Part shown: one piece after another, positions 1 through 9,177 of the stretch
Layout of the letters: each line of letters starts with the position of its first letter
Numbering within the stretch: position 1 is the first letter of the stretch
Source of the DNA: Candidatus Omnitrophota bacterium
GTDB taxonomy: Bacteria; Omnitrophota; Gorgyraeia; Zapsychrales; Zapsychraceae
Reading direction: 5' to 3'
DNA length: 64,000 nt
Assembly: GCA_050250375.1 (NCBI GenBank)
Contig: JBFWOS010000001.1
Coordinates: 219,346 to 283,345, forward strand
The notes under the pieces: generated by a model
What the model saw: the letters and a program-made list of their open reading frames with translations, nothing else
Told to the model about the DNA's origin: nothing
The model's database searches: none
Program-made: the position numbers and the translations under genes

Positions 1-765
1 TTTGTTCTGTCTTTCATGTTGAAATCGACAGCAACAGCCGCGCTGAAACTGCCCAAAGCACCAAATTCACCCAACGGTCCTTCATCACCGACCGGACCAG
101 CTGCGCCGAATTCACCCAACGGCCCTTCATCTCCAAACGGACCGGCTTCACCGAATTCACCAACAGGACCTGGTACTCCTTCAGATCCGGCAGCTCCTAA
201 CGGACCGAATGCTCCTGGTGATCCGTCAGCACCGAATTCACCAAACGGACCAAACAGTCCTTCAGATCCATCAGCACCAAATTCACCAAACGGACCAAAC
301 AGTCCTTCAGATCCGTCAGCTCCAAATTCACCAACAGGACCGAACAGTCCTTCAGATCCGACAGCGCCTAACGGACCGAATGCACCCACAGGACCGAACA
401 GTCCTTCAGATCCGACAGCGCCTAACGGACCGAATGCACCAACAGGACCGAACAGTCCTTCAGATCCAACAGCACCAAATGGACCATCTGATCCGTCAGC
501 ACCGAATTCTCCAAACGGGCCAAACAGTCCTTCAGATCCGACAGCACCTAACGGACCGAATGCACCTGGCGATCCATCAGCTCCAAATTCACCAACAGGA
601 CCAAACGCTCCCGGAGATCCGTCAGCACCGAATTCACCGACTGGACCAAACGCTCCCGGAGATCCGTCAGCACCGAATTCTCCTAACGGACCGAATTCAC
701 CGACTGGACCAAACGCTCCTGATTCACCAAACGGACCGACACCTCCAGAATCACCAGACATCTAA
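1..765 (+). CDS. Low-complexity (X-P-X)n proline-triplet repeat protein. The 5' end is cut by the window edge and the coding strand is ambiguous, because the opposite strand reads as Gly-X-Y collagen-like repeats.
   Basis: The frame is open from nt 1 and stops with TAA at 763-765. A terminator hairpin lies downstream at 822-853. The PEP-CTERM protein at 43313-44113 contains similar PNSPxxPN linkers. The minus strand, in an offset frame, is also open (ATG at 761-759) and encodes G-E-F-G-A-A-G-P-V-type triplets. Confidence 0.4.
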   Translation, partial: FVLSFMLKSTATAALKLPKAPNSPNGPSSPTGPAAPNSPNGPSSPNGPASPNSPTGPGTPSDPAAPNGPNAPGDPSAPNSPNGPNSPSDPSAPNSPNGPNSPSDPSAPNSPTGPNSPSDPTAPNGPNAPTGPNSPSDPTAPNGPNAPTGPNSPSDPTAPNGPSDPSAPNSPNGPNSPSDPTAPNGPNAPGDPSAPNSPTGPNAPGDPSAPNSPTGPNAPGDPSAPNSPNGPNSPTGPNAPDSPNGPTPPESPDI

Positions 766-821
766 TGATCGGATGATCCGGCATTCCGGATCAGCTTGAA
801 GATCATTGATCATAAATAAAA

Positions 822-853
822 AGGGCCGGATATGATTAACATATCCGGCCCTT
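822..853. terminator. Bidirectional rho-independent terminator hairpin shared by convergent genes
   Basis: The inverted repeat is gggccggatat / atatccggccc. It is followed by a T-run on the + strand and an A-run, which is a T-run on the minus strand, on the other side. Confidence 0.55.
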
Positions 854-879
854 CTTCTTTGTACTCTCTAATTTATTTC

Positions 880-2235
880 TTAAAAATAATAAGTGAATTT
901 AAGCGCGGAAAAGAACCGGTTGTTTTCCTGGAAGGAATGGTTTGAATTGTTATCGTTGTAAGAAACACTGAAATTCAAATAGGCCTTATCGTTCTTAAAA
1001 AACCGTTTCAGGGAATAAGCCAGGTTCAAATAATACTTATGACCGTTATCTTTGCGGGCTGACCCGAAGGCCGGATCCGTATCGTCATAATAAAACAGCT
1101 GAAGGTTATACCCTACGGCCGCCGTCAGGTGCGTTGTAATCGTCCGGTTGATGCTGGCCCCCAAAAACACGTTGTTGTACGTAAACCGGTCGTTGTCCGC
1201 GTTATTATAAGTGAAGAAAATGCTGTTGATCAGGGCCGTCCGGTCATTGATCTTGTACGACGCGCTGCTCCCCAGCGAAAACCCGTTGGAATCCCGCGGG
1301 TTATCCTTATAAAAATTCTGGGCGTACCAGCCGACGCTCGGCCAGACATTCACCCGTTCATTCACCCTGACCGCTCCCGAAAGGTTGAGACCGCTGCTGA
1401 TCTGGTAACTGGACTCGTCCAGGGTCTGGTAATTCACAAACGGGCTTAAGGTCACGCTCTTGCCGTTAAAGACCTTCTGATACCCCAGCGAAGTCGATAA
1501 AATCGTGCTGTCGAATTCATCTTCCGAAAAATAAGTCGTGTTATAAGCCCCCGCGTTCAGGAAGACGTTGGTCCCCGGGTCCAGGGCCTTTTTAAGCGCG
1601 GTCGTCACGCTGTTGTAAAAATAGAAATCGTCGCGGGGTTTGTCATCCGAACTGAGCGTGTAGTTGACGACCCCGTACAGCAGATGGATCGTGTCCTGAG
1701 GACCTGAGTTGACATTGTCGTCGTAACCGATCCCGGTGGAGACAGTGAAGTTGTTTTTTAACTGGCCCGGTGTTTTCAGGATCATGGCCCGGACTTTTTC
1801 CCGTTCCGCCTCATTGTCCCCCACCCTTTTCAGGGCGGCCTTGTAATTTTTCAGGGCCTCGGCATACTGCCCCTGCTGAAGGTAAACCGTGCCCGCGTCC
1901 AGAAGCGGGTGATGGTCGGCCGGGCTGATATCCGCGACCTTCTTATAATAGAGAACGGCCTTCCCTAATTCTTTAAGCTGATAGTTGCAATTGCCCAGAA
2001 AATAATACGCCTCTTTGAGGTCGTCCGGGTTCAGCGTCTCCATTTCGGGAGACTGCGCGGCCGCTTCGAGCTGACGGCAGGATTCAGCCGGGTCCTGCCG
2101 GTAAAGGCTGTACATATTCCTTAATTTCGTTTTGAACGATTCATGATTGCCTTCATCGGCAAACAGATTGGCGTTGGTGTTGATCGTAAGAAAAGCGGTG
2201 AACAGGGAAAGAACGATGAGATTGTTTTTTTTCAT
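880..2235 (-). CDS. Outer-membrane protein with N-terminal TPR repeats and a C-terminal beta-barrel (Slam/DUF560-like architecture)
   Basis: There is a signal peptide, MKKNNLIVLSLFTAFLTINTNA. TPR-like helices include AYYFLGNCNYQLKELGKAVLYYKKV and YLQQGQYAEALKNYKAAL. The C-terminal half has alternating aromatic beta-strands and ends in FTYYF, a terminal Phe. Confidence 0.6.
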   Translation of the reverse strand: MKKNNLIVLSLFTAFLTINTNANLFADEGNHESFKTKLRNMYSLYRQDPAESCRQLEAAAQSPEMETLNPDDLKEAYYFLGNCNYQLKELGKAVLYYKKVADISPADHHPLLDAGTVYLQQGQYAEALKNYKAALKRVGDNEAEREKVRAMILKTPGQLKNNFTVSTGIGYDDNVNSGPQDTIHLLYGVVNYTLSSDDKPRDDFYFYNSVTTALKKALDPGTNVFLNAGAYNTTYFSEDEFDSTILSTSLGYQKVFNGKSVTLSPFVNYQTLDESSYQISSGLNLSGAVRVNERVNVWPSVGWYAQNFYKDNPRDSNGFSLGSSASYKINDRTALINSIFFTYNNADNDRFTYNNVFLGASINRTITTHLTAAVGYNLQLFYYDDTDPAFGSARKDNGHKYYLNLAYSLKRFFKNDKAYLNFSVSYNDNNSNHSFQENNRFFSALKFTYYF

Positions 2236-2320
2236 AAAAATTTCCGTGAATGGTTAATTTTAATAATCAGTTATGGCATTAACGGAAACTTTTGTCAATC
2301 AAAAAATCCCGGACAGCGTC

Positions 2321-3277
2321 CTATTTTGACGGCAGCTCCAGATACCGGGCGGTCACATCCTCGGCATAAATGTCATCGACCTGAAGGTTCCAGACGGCGG
2401 GATATAAAACAGCGGTGCGCCGGAAACTCACGGCGTAAATCCGGTGCGCGGGATGCGACGGGTCGGTGTGCGCCGCCTTCTCATTAAACCAGGCCTCGTT
2501 GTACCCTCCGGCCTCGGCCGCTCCCAGATGATACCATTGTCCGTGATCCCACACCTCGATCCAGGTATGGTTTCCGCTTTTGTCGGCCCAGATCGGTATC
2601 CCGGCGATCCGCACGGGTATTCCTGCCGAACGCAGAACGTCCGCCGCCAGGATGGAAAGCCCGGTGCACGACGCGTAACCAAGCGTAATACTCTCGTAAG
2701 GGCTTTGATCCGGTTTATGCCGTTTGGTCGCGTGGTATTCGACGCCGAGAACCTCAAACGCTTTTGTGTTCAGATAAACCGCGGCCTTGTTGATGCTGCC
2801 CTGTTCTTTGGCCAGCGGGAGAAAACGCGCGGTAAAATCCCCGCGCCAGTTGTCGCGCCGTTCATTGACGTTCACGTACGGCAGGACATAATTCAAAAAA
2901 ACATCTTTCGGGATGTCTTTGCCCCAGGGCACTTCATCCCGGGACTGATAGGCCAGACGGACATTGTTAATCAAAAATTCCGAAGAGAGTGTTTCCAAAT
3001 CACGCGCCGGCATATAACGGACTAAAAAGGCCATGGCCTCCCGGCGCTCTCCGTCAAAATAACTGAGGGCCTTGACCAGTTCCCCGGCATTCTTTTTGGC
3101 GCGGTGAAGGGCGAGTTCAACATCCAGCTGATATTCCCTGGGAAGGGCATCGACAATCGCATTGATCTGTCCGATAACCGCCTGAGGCTGATGATAAGGA
3201 CTGGAATAATGCGGCGCGCATCCGGCCAGGAGGATGAAGATTACGAGATTAAAGATTATTCTGGGAGGCATAGGCAT
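2321..3277 (-). CDS. Transglutaminase-like cysteine protease-fold lipoprotein
   Basis: The lipobox is LLAGC. The transglutaminase core motif is GYASCTGLSILAADVLRSAGIPVRIAGIP, followed by the His in GNHTWIEVWD and a downstream Asp. Confidence 0.7.
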   Translation of the reverse strand: MPMPPRIIFNLVIFILLAGCAPHYSSPYHQPQAVIGQINAIVDALPREYQLDVELALHRAKKNAGELVKALSYFDGERREAMAFLVRYMPARDLETLSSEFLINNVRLAYQSRDEVPWGKDIPKDVFLNYVLPYVNVNERRDNWRGDFTARFLPLAKEQGSINKAAVYLNTKAFEVLGVEYHATKRHKPDQSPYESITLGYASCTGLSILAADVLRSAGIPVRIAGIPIWADKSGNHTWIEVWDHGQWYHLGAAEAGGYNEAWFNEKAAHTDPSHPAHRIYAVSFRRTAVLYPAVWNLQVDDIYAEDVTARYLELPSK

Positions 3278-3345
3278 TAAAATTCTTTTATAAAAAAAAG
3301 CGATAAAAAAATTTTAACATAATTGAAGGGAAACGAAATAAAAAA

Positions 3346-3840
3346 CTACCGCTTTTTCTGGTCCTTCCTGACTTTCGATTCCAGCTCAAGGATCTTGGCG
3401 TTCAATTCCTCGATCTTTTTGTGTTTGGTAATATCTTTGATGGACAGGATGATCAGCTTGGTGCGGTTTTCTTTCATATAGATCCGACGGGCATTGAGCA
3501 GTTTGACGCATTTACCGACACCGGGGAAATCATGTTCCACTTCAAAATGATCAAAACTGGTCGTCTTGGGGAGGATTTCCTCCAGCAGGACCCGCAGTTC
3601 CGGAATGTCCCACTGGCCATCTCCCAGGTCATAAATATATTCCCCTTCCGTATTCTCGGATTGGACGCCGAAAGTCGAATAAAACGAATCATTGGCCATC
3701 GCCACCTTTAAATCTTCATAAAGAATAATTAACGGCTCATGAACGGTGTTGATGATGCCTTCGGTGTATTCGAGGGCGTCCTGGATATTCAGCTCACTCA
3801 GTTTCTTTTTCGGCCCATGACTGTCTTTCGGTTTTTTCAC
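3346..3840 (-). CDS. Hypothetical protein, possibly a PAS-like fold
   Basis: The ORF is 164 aa with a basic N-terminus and a coiled-coil C-terminus. The middle region is PAS-like by eye only. Confidence 0.4.
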   Translation of the reverse strand: MKKPKDSHGPKKKLSELNIQDALEYTEGIINTVHEPLIILYEDLKVAMANDSFYSTFGVQSENTEGEYIYDLGDGQWDIPELRVLLEEILPKTTSFDHFEVEHDFPGVGKCVKLLNARRIYMKENRTKLIILSIKDITKHKKIEELNAKILELESKVRKDQKKR

Positions 3841-3885
3841 GGATAATTCCCTTTTCGTTTTACGAATCCAATACCTTTTGGTTCA

Positions 3886-4098
3886 TTATGGAAGATTCCT
3901 GAGATTAACGGCCCGGACCCCATGGCCCACATAAATATCAAAATTAAACTGGTCGCCTTTATTCACTGAACGGTTACCGGTGGTAATATCGTTGGTATAA
4001 AAACAATACTCCGCTCTGAGCTCATCACAAAGGTATCCGTATCCTCTCGTCGGGTAAAATTCTGTCACGGTTCCTTTTAAATTCAGCCTGTTTTCCAT
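3886..4098 (-). CDS. Divergent cold-shock-domain-like (OB-fold) small protein
   Basis: The core is GTVTEFYPTRGYGYL...FYTNDI...GDQFNFDI...RAVNL, which matches the CSD pattern G.V.+F...G+GF...F.H......G..V.F......A.NV. The likely start is the internal MENRL. The tracked ORF extends to 4185. Confidence 0.45.
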   Translation of the reverse strand: MENRLNLKGTVTEFYPTRGYGYLCDELRAEYCFYTNDITTGNRSVNKGDQFNFDIYVGHGVRAVNLRNLP

Positions 4099-4151
4099 AG
4101 CCCCTCCGATACATTCAAAAGGTTTTAAATTCTCAATTTTACTAAGAGAAT

Positions 4152-4298
4152 TTATCGCTGGCTTTCCCGGTAATGGACATGACAAAACTCTTCGGCGTTA
4201 TAAATGCTCAGCTTCTGCTTGCAGCCGGTTTTTTTACACACCCTTCCCGCCTTGGATTTCTTGACCGGACCGTTTTTTCTTGTCTTTTTGGGGTACAT
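4152..4298 (-). CDS. Small basic zinc-ribbon protein (48 aa), paralogue A
   Basis: Manual translation gives MYPKKTRKNGPVKKSKAGRVCKKTGCKQKLSIYNAEEFCHVHYRESQR*. The pattern is C-x4-C...C-x-V-H. It is below the size cut-off of the ORF track. Confidence 0.5.
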   Translation of the reverse strand: MYPKKTRKNGPVKKSKAGRVCKKTGCKQKLSIYNAEEFCHVHYRESQR

Positions 4299-4300
4299 GC

Positions 4301-4522
4301 CTAATTCTTATGCCGGAAGGTTATCCGCCCTTTTCCCAAATCATACGGGGACAAAAACACGGTCACCTTGTCTCCGGGCAAGATCTTGATGGAGAACTTG
4401 CGCATCTTCCCGGCGATGTAAGCGACCACCATAAACCCGTTCTCCGTCTCCACGCTGAATTTCGCGTTGGATAACGCTTTTTTAACCACTCCCTGGACTT
4501 CAACTGCTTCTTCTTTCGACAT
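4301..4522 (-). CDS. infA: Translation initiation factor IF-1
   Basis: [70 protein letters not shown] aligns by eye to E. coli IF-1. The RBS is GGGAG, located before the internal ATG at 4522. Confidence 0.85.
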   Translation of the reverse strand: MSKEEAVEVQGVVKKALSNAKFSVETENGFMVVAYIAGKMRKFSIKILPGDKVTVFLSPYDLGKGRITFRHKN

Positions 4523-4573
4523 ACTCCCTGCTTTCCTTTTATCCGCCCACAAATTGACCAGATATTATTCGTC

Positions 4574-4720
4574 TAACTTAAAAACTCCTTAACATGAACG
4601 TTGCAATATAATTCCGAGTTATAGATGCTCAAACGCTGTTTGCAACCGAATTTTTTGCAGACCCTTCCTGTCTTAAACCGCTGAACCGGACCTCTCTTCT
4701 TTGTTTTTCGAGAATGCATG
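4574..4720 (-). CDS. Small basic zinc-ribbon protein (48 aa), paralogue B
   Basis: Manual translation gives MHSRKTKKRGPVQRFKTGRVCKKFGCKQRLSIYNSELYCNVHVKEFLS*. It is clearly paralogous to the 4152-4298 ORF. Its stop overlaps the infA RBS region. Confidence 0.5.
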
Positions 4721-4767
4721 CGTGGCCTTGTGTTTTACAAAAGCCCGGACGCCTATGTTCGGCGCCG

Positions 4768-5826
4768 TTACTTTTGTGTTGTTTTTCCGTTTTTTCGGTT
4801 TGAAATTCTTCTTAAGAATGCCGATGATTTGAGCCATTCACTCACCGGACGGGCCGGGTGCCCGCCGTAGACGGCCCGTTCAGGGACATGTCCGGTAACG
4901 CCCGACATCCCCCCGATCTGCGCCCCCTGTCCGACCACCACATTCGGGGCCACATTGACGGCCCCGCCCAGCACAACATAATCTCCAAGTGTCACGCTGC
5001 CGGCCAGCCCTGACTGTCCGCAGATAATCACGCCTTTTCCCAAAATACAATTGTGGGCGATATGGACCTGGTTATCAATTTTCGACCCCTTCCCGATGAT
5101 CGTCGGTGAAAAAGTCCCCTGGGCGACAGAACTGGTGGACCCGATCTCAACGGAATCCCCGATGGAGACCCCGCCGAAATGCCAAACCTTGTGATGCACG
5201 CCCTGGTCATAATTGTAACCGAACCCGTCCGACCCGATGGTGGTGTTGCCGTGAATGATGCAGTCTTGCCCGATCGATACGTTGCGGTATAGAACAACGT
5301 TGGGGAATAACACTGTATTTTTCCCGATCCTGGAATTCGACAGGATGACGCATCCCGCGTGGACGATCACATGTTCCGCGATTTCCACACCTTCGGCGAT
5401 AAAAACGTCCGGCGCGATTGAACTGGAAGGATGCACCCTGGCTGTCCCGGTTGTCCTCCCGTCGGTGAAATCGTCCCACTTCGTTTTGAGCTCATCAAAA
5501 AATAATTTGGAATAACGCGAAATCGCCAGGTCGACCGACCGGACCGTGGCGTAAAACCTGAATTTCTTCAGGTGCGCCGATACCTCGGAGGTATTGAGGC
5601 CCTTTAAAAACTCTTCGGGAAAAATGATGCCGATGTTCTTAATGACATCGGCATCCGTATGGATATCCTGTAATTTCTGATAATACTTTTTATTCTTGAT
5701 AAAAACAACACCGTTCTCCATGAGACAGTCAAGAGAACACAGCGTGGAGATGTCTCCCGTTATGTCACCGGATGACCGGATTTGAAAACTGGGATCTGTT
5801 GCTTTAAATTGATTCAGTGTAACCAA
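4768..5826 (-). CDS. lpxD: UDP-3-O-acylglucosamine N-acyltransferase
   Basis: Hexapeptide left-handed beta-helix repeats are present: GVEIAEHVIVHAGCVILSNSRIGKNTVLFPNVVLYRNVSIGQDCIIHGNTTIGSDGFGY. The N-terminal and C-terminal layout matches LpxD by eye. Confidence 0.8.
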   Translation of the reverse strand: MVTLNQFKATDPSFQIRSSGDITGDISTLCSLDCLMENGVVFIKNKKYYQKLQDIHTDADVIKNIGIIFPEEFLKGLNTSEVSAHLKKFRFYATVRSVDLAISRYSKLFFDELKTKWDDFTDGRTTGTARVHPSSSIAPDVFIAEGVEIAEHVIVHAGCVILSNSRIGKNTVLFPNVVLYRNVSIGQDCIIHGNTTIGSDGFGYNYDQGVHHKVWHFGGVSIGDSVEIGSTSSVAQGTFSPTIIGKGSKIDNQVHIAHNCILGKGVIICGQSGLAGSVTLGDYVVLGGAVNVAPNVVVGQGAQIGGMSGVTGHVPERAVYGGHPARPVSEWLKSSAFLRRISNRKNGKTTQK

Positions 5827-5895
5827 ATTTGCCCTTTTGTTCAGTTAGATCTTGGTTTACCGTTTTATCCCCTGCCGCTGGAATCGGGACAATGA

Positions 5896-6207
5896 TTAAT
5901 ATTTCCAACCGTTGCGGTATGTTGTTCGTTCACGGTCGTCTTCTTTATTCCGGGTGCTTGTGGCGTAAGGGACCATCGGTTTGGCTTCGTTGATGGTGAT
6001 CCGTTTTCCTTTGATTTCCTTAATCCCGTCCATGGCGGCCATGGCCTCAACTTTATTCGGCATTTCCACAAAACCGTACCCCTTGGAATCGCCGGAAAAC
6101 TTGTCTTTGATAATTCTGGCGGTCTCCACCTGGCCGAACGCCGTGAACACAGATTTTAATTCTTCCTCGTTTATATCATATGAAAAATTTCCGACATAAA
6201 TATTCAT
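5896..6207 (-). CDS. RRM-type RNA-binding protein
   Basis: RNP2 is MNIYVGNFSY and RNP1 is KGYGFVEM. Confidence 0.8.
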   Translation of the reverse strand: MNIYVGNFSYDINEEELKSVFTAFGQVETARIIKDKFSGDSKGYGFVEMPNKVEAMAAMDGIKEIKGKRITINEAKPMVPYATSTRNKEDDRERTTYRNGWKY

Positions 6208-6231
6208 GCACCCTGCTCCTTAACGGTTTAT

Positions 6232-6450
6232 TTACTCTTTTTCCGTATTTTTTTCTTTAACTTTTTTTATAATTCTTGAATTCTCATCAAATTGAACCTT
6301 CCCCTGGGCAATTTCTTCAAGGGCAATGCTGGTAAGATTTCTTGTCGGGGTGTGCTGAACAAGCGCGGGACTCCCCGAGGCCAATTCTAAGGCCCTGACC
6401 ATAGCCATACGGGTCAGGCGGAATATACTCCCTCCTGATTTTTCCAGCAA
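6232..6450 (-). CDS. rpoZ: DNA-directed RNA polymerase subunit omega (possibly with an N-terminal extension or non-ATG start)
   Basis: SIFRLTRMAMVRALELASGSPALV...TSIALEEIAQGKV matches the omega pattern NRF.L...A.+RARQ+..G..P.V....K...IAL+EI..G. The in-frame ORF remains open upstream with no ATG, so a TTG or other non-ATG start is likely. Confidence 0.55.
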   Translation of the reverse strand: MLEKSGGSIFRLTRMAMVRALELASGSPALVQHTPTRNLTSIALEEIAQGKVQFDENSRIIKKVKEKNTEKE

Positions 6451-6596
6451 TTCATCGGAACAATAATATCCGTCGGTTTTCTTTTCTAGGTTGATTTTCT
6501 TTACGATTGGAGCCTCCCGTTTTTTTCCTCATTTCCCTAATTGAAAATGACGAGGACCGCCTTCGGTGAATTCACCGTCTTTACCGGCGGCCTGTT

Positions 6597-6806
6597 TTAT
6601 CCTAAGATTATTCTTAGATTGACGACCCAGTCTCTGTTGCGGTTATTTTCGATTTCAAACTCAACATCCTGCCCTTCTTTTAATTCCTCGCCCGCTCTCA
6701 GGAAGATATAATTCGCGTAAATGTTATGCTGCTGTTTGCTTTCCTGGTCAATGACCACTCCGCATCCGCGGTTCGGGTCATACTCCTTGACTTTACCTTT
6801 TTTCAT
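6597..6806 (-). CDS. CSD-like small OB-fold protein
   Basis: GKVKEYDPNRGCGVVID...NIYANYIFL...LKEGQDVEFEIENNRNRDWVVNL follows the CSD topology. Confidence 0.45.
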   Translation of the reverse strand: MKKGKVKEYDPNRGCGVVIDQESKQQHNIYANYIFLRAGEELKEGQDVEFEIENNRNRDWVVNLRIILG

Positions 6807-6830
6807 TCAGACTCCCATGATACCGGGTCA

Positions 6831-7049
6831 TTAAATATTTTCTGCGCCGACACAGGGACGGATATGAAACGCCAGGAACCCGTGATAAGCGGATTGCATC
6901 TCAAATTCGACCTCCAGCCCTTCTCCCAGCGATTCAAACGGCGTGTCCCACAAACAATCCTTGTGAAAATGGGCTTCTTTACCGTCGCTGGTTTTGATCT
7001 TTCCATATTGTTCGTCCTGGAACAATTTCGAAATACGGCCTGTATGCAT
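6831..7049 (-). CDS. CSD-like small OB-fold protein
   Basis: GRISKLFQDEQYGKIKTSDGKEAHFHKDCL...LGEGLEVEFEMQS...AFHIRP follows the CSD topology. Confidence 0.45.
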   Translation of the reverse strand: MHTGRISKLFQDEQYGKIKTSDGKEAHFHKDCLWDTPFESLGEGLEVEFEMQSAYHGFLAFHIRPCVGAENI

Positions 7050-7113
7050 TTTTCAACTCCGTTCGGTTGATTGATTAAACATCACCTGGAATTTTCGGAA
7101 AGACTTTCGTTTG

Positions 7114-8148
7114 TTAGACGTGCTTTAATTTATTGAGATACCCGAACCCGACCAATTTCTTATTCTGCTCATCCCACAGCCGGAAGGTCAAAGATTTAAG
7201 ACTGGTTAAAAACGTGATCGCCTTGATTTCCTGGAACATCGGGTTTTCCTTGTAACAGCGTTCGAGAAAATAATTGGGGATGCGCGGAGACAAATGGTGG
7301 ATATGATGGAACCCGATATTCCCGGTGAACCACTGCAGGATCCTCGGCAATTTTAAATACGAACTGCCCTGCATCGCCTCGTCGACATAATCCCATTCTT
7401 CGTGCCGTTCCCAATAGACCCCTTCAAATTGATGCTGAACGTAAAACAGCCAGACCCCGGCTGAACCGGCGACCATGATAATTGGAAGTTGAATCAGAAG
7501 GTAGGCTTTTAACCCGATAAAAAAGCTGATGGTTGAGGCCAAGAGTAATATCCCCAAATTGGTCAGATGGACACTTTTAATCCCCCGCTTTCCGGCGTGA
7601 CTGTAGGGCAGGCGGTGGACAATCAAAAAGAGGATCGTCGGCCCGATGATAAAAAGACAGATCGGGTTACGGGCAAAGCGGTATTTAATCCGCGTCCAGC
7701 GGGGGGCTTTTAAATATTCTTCAACGGTCATGGTCCACACATCCCCCCATCCCCGTTCATCCAGGTCGCCCGCGTGGGAATGATGCACCGCGTGGGAGTG
7801 CCACCAATAATGATAAGGCGTAAAGGTGAGGATGCCGGTGATAACGCCCCAAAAACGGTTCGCTGCCCTGGATTTGAAAAAGGAGCCGTGACCGCAGTCA
7901 TGAAAGATAATAAAGACGCGCACCAGCAGTCCCGCCGCAAACAAACCCAAAAACAGGACCAGCCAATAGGAGACACTCAGGCATTTATACATCAGGACCC
8001 ACAGGATCACATACGGGATCAGCGTATTGCAGAGCTGTCCGATGCTCCGGCTGAGTTTGGGGTTCTGGTACTTGGCCACAATCTTTTGCCAGGACTTCTT
8101 GTATTGATCACTTCCCGACGAGATATCCATACCTGCGTTCCTTTTCAT
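7114..8148 (-). CDS. Membrane fatty-acid desaturase
   Basis: The three histidine boxes are present: HDCGHGSF, HYWWHSHAVHHSH and FHHIHHLSP. There are several transmembrane helices. Confidence 0.85.
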   Translation of the reverse strand: MKRNAGMDISSGSDQYKKSWQKIVAKYQNPKLSRSIGQLCNTLIPYVILWVLMYKCLSVSYWLVLFLGLFAAGLLVRVFIIFHDCGHGSFFKSRAANRFWGVITGILTFTPYHYWWHSHAVHHSHAGDLDERGWGDVWTMTVEEYLKAPRWTRIKYRFARNPICLFIIGPTILFLIVHRLPYSHAGKRGIKSVHLTNLGILLLASTISFFIGLKAYLLIQLPIIMVAGSAGVWLFYVQHQFEGVYWERHEEWDYVDEAMQGSSYLKLPRILQWFTGNIGFHHIHHLSPRIPNYFLERCYKENPMFQEIKAITFLTSLKSLTFRLWDEQNKKLVGFGYLNKLKHV

Positions 8149-8416
8149 TTTGACTGGGCATAATTCTCACAACAAGCTTATTTCAAAAATAAGACCGCTA
8201 AATAGATGCATAAAATCGCAGACAGGTATATTAAGATAGGAAGGTCTGTTGTTGGAAAGATTTATCTATCTAATTGATCTGTTATAAGTATAACGTTAAA
8301 TATCTGAAAATACAAAGGTTAATTTAAAATAACTGCCCAAAAAAATAAGGGACGTACACCTTTTACCCCGTTTTTTACGCCATAAATTGGAGGACTAGGT
8401 CTACGTCCCTAATTTA

Positions 8417-8974
8417 TTATTCGGTGGCGATGTAACCGATGACGCCGCAGCCGATGCGGGCCCCCGCGTTACCGGTTGGCTGGCCGAAATCATCTTCCTT
8501 TTCATGCAGGATCACCGCGCGTCCGGCGATGCCGTTCTCTCCGGAAAGCGTCACATGCGGAAGGAACAAAGACAAGGTCCCTTCACCCGTTTCCGCGATC
8601 TCGATATTCCCCATATCCCCCAGATGCGCGTTTTCTCCGTCATCTGGTTTAAAACCGTGCTGGACCCCGTGCGGATTAAAGTGTCCGCCGGCCCCGTTCC
8701 CTTTGTCCGCGCAGCTGCCGAACTGATGGACATGGAATCCGTGTTTGCCCGGCACATCCACACCGGAAACATTGGCCTCAACCATGACACCGTCGGCTTT
8801 CTGGATAAAGACAGCCTCCCCGAAAAGTTCCGACCCTTCCGCGGTTCCGGTGATCATGGCCCGGGCCATGACCGGCGCCGGCATTTCTTCATGATCATGC
8901 ATCATCTCGGCCTGCGCGTACACAGTCCAGGATACAATCATCACCAGCATTAATCTCACAAAATTCTTTTTCAT
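8417..8974 (-). CDS. sodC: Periplasmic Cu/Zn superoxide dismutase
   Basis: Motifs GFHVHQFGSC, GGHFNPHG, HLGDMGN and GNAGARIGCGVIG are present. The signal peptide is MKKNFVRLMLVMIVSWTVYAQA. There is an AAGGAGG RBS 5 nt before the internal ATG. Confidence 0.85.
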   Translation of the reverse strand: MKKNFVRLMLVMIVSWTVYAQAEMMHDHEEMPAPVMARAMITGTAEGSELFGEAVFIQKADGVMVEANVSGVDVPGKHGFHVHQFGSCADKGNGAGGHFNPHGVQHGFKPDDGENAHLGDMGNIEIAETGEGTLSLFLPHVTLSGENGIAGRAVILHEKEDDFGQPTGNAGARIGCGVIGYIATE

Positions 8975-9177
8975 CAATTCCTCCTTTGGATTAATCAAAT
9001 AAAAGACCTCACAACCCCTTCAGTGTACCAAAGGAATCCAGGACAAGCAAGCGCCGGATGGCTTCAAATGGCATGACGCTCTGCCTGGGGGTTTAAAAAA
9101 GTACGGAACTTTTTGAAACCCTGCGTGTTTACCCCTACAATAGTTACACAAACGCACCATCAACTAAGGAGAAACAC

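Noticed and set aside
209-799. A 196-aa ORF (Q/H/T/L-rich) in another frame of the left-edge repeat
   Set aside because: It is a frame artefact of the 9-nt periodic repeat. It fully overlaps the Pro-triplet frame and has an implausible composition.
4204-4474. Small + strand ORFs 4204-4389 and 4280-4474
   Set aside because: They are antisense to the zinc-ribbon ORF and to infA.
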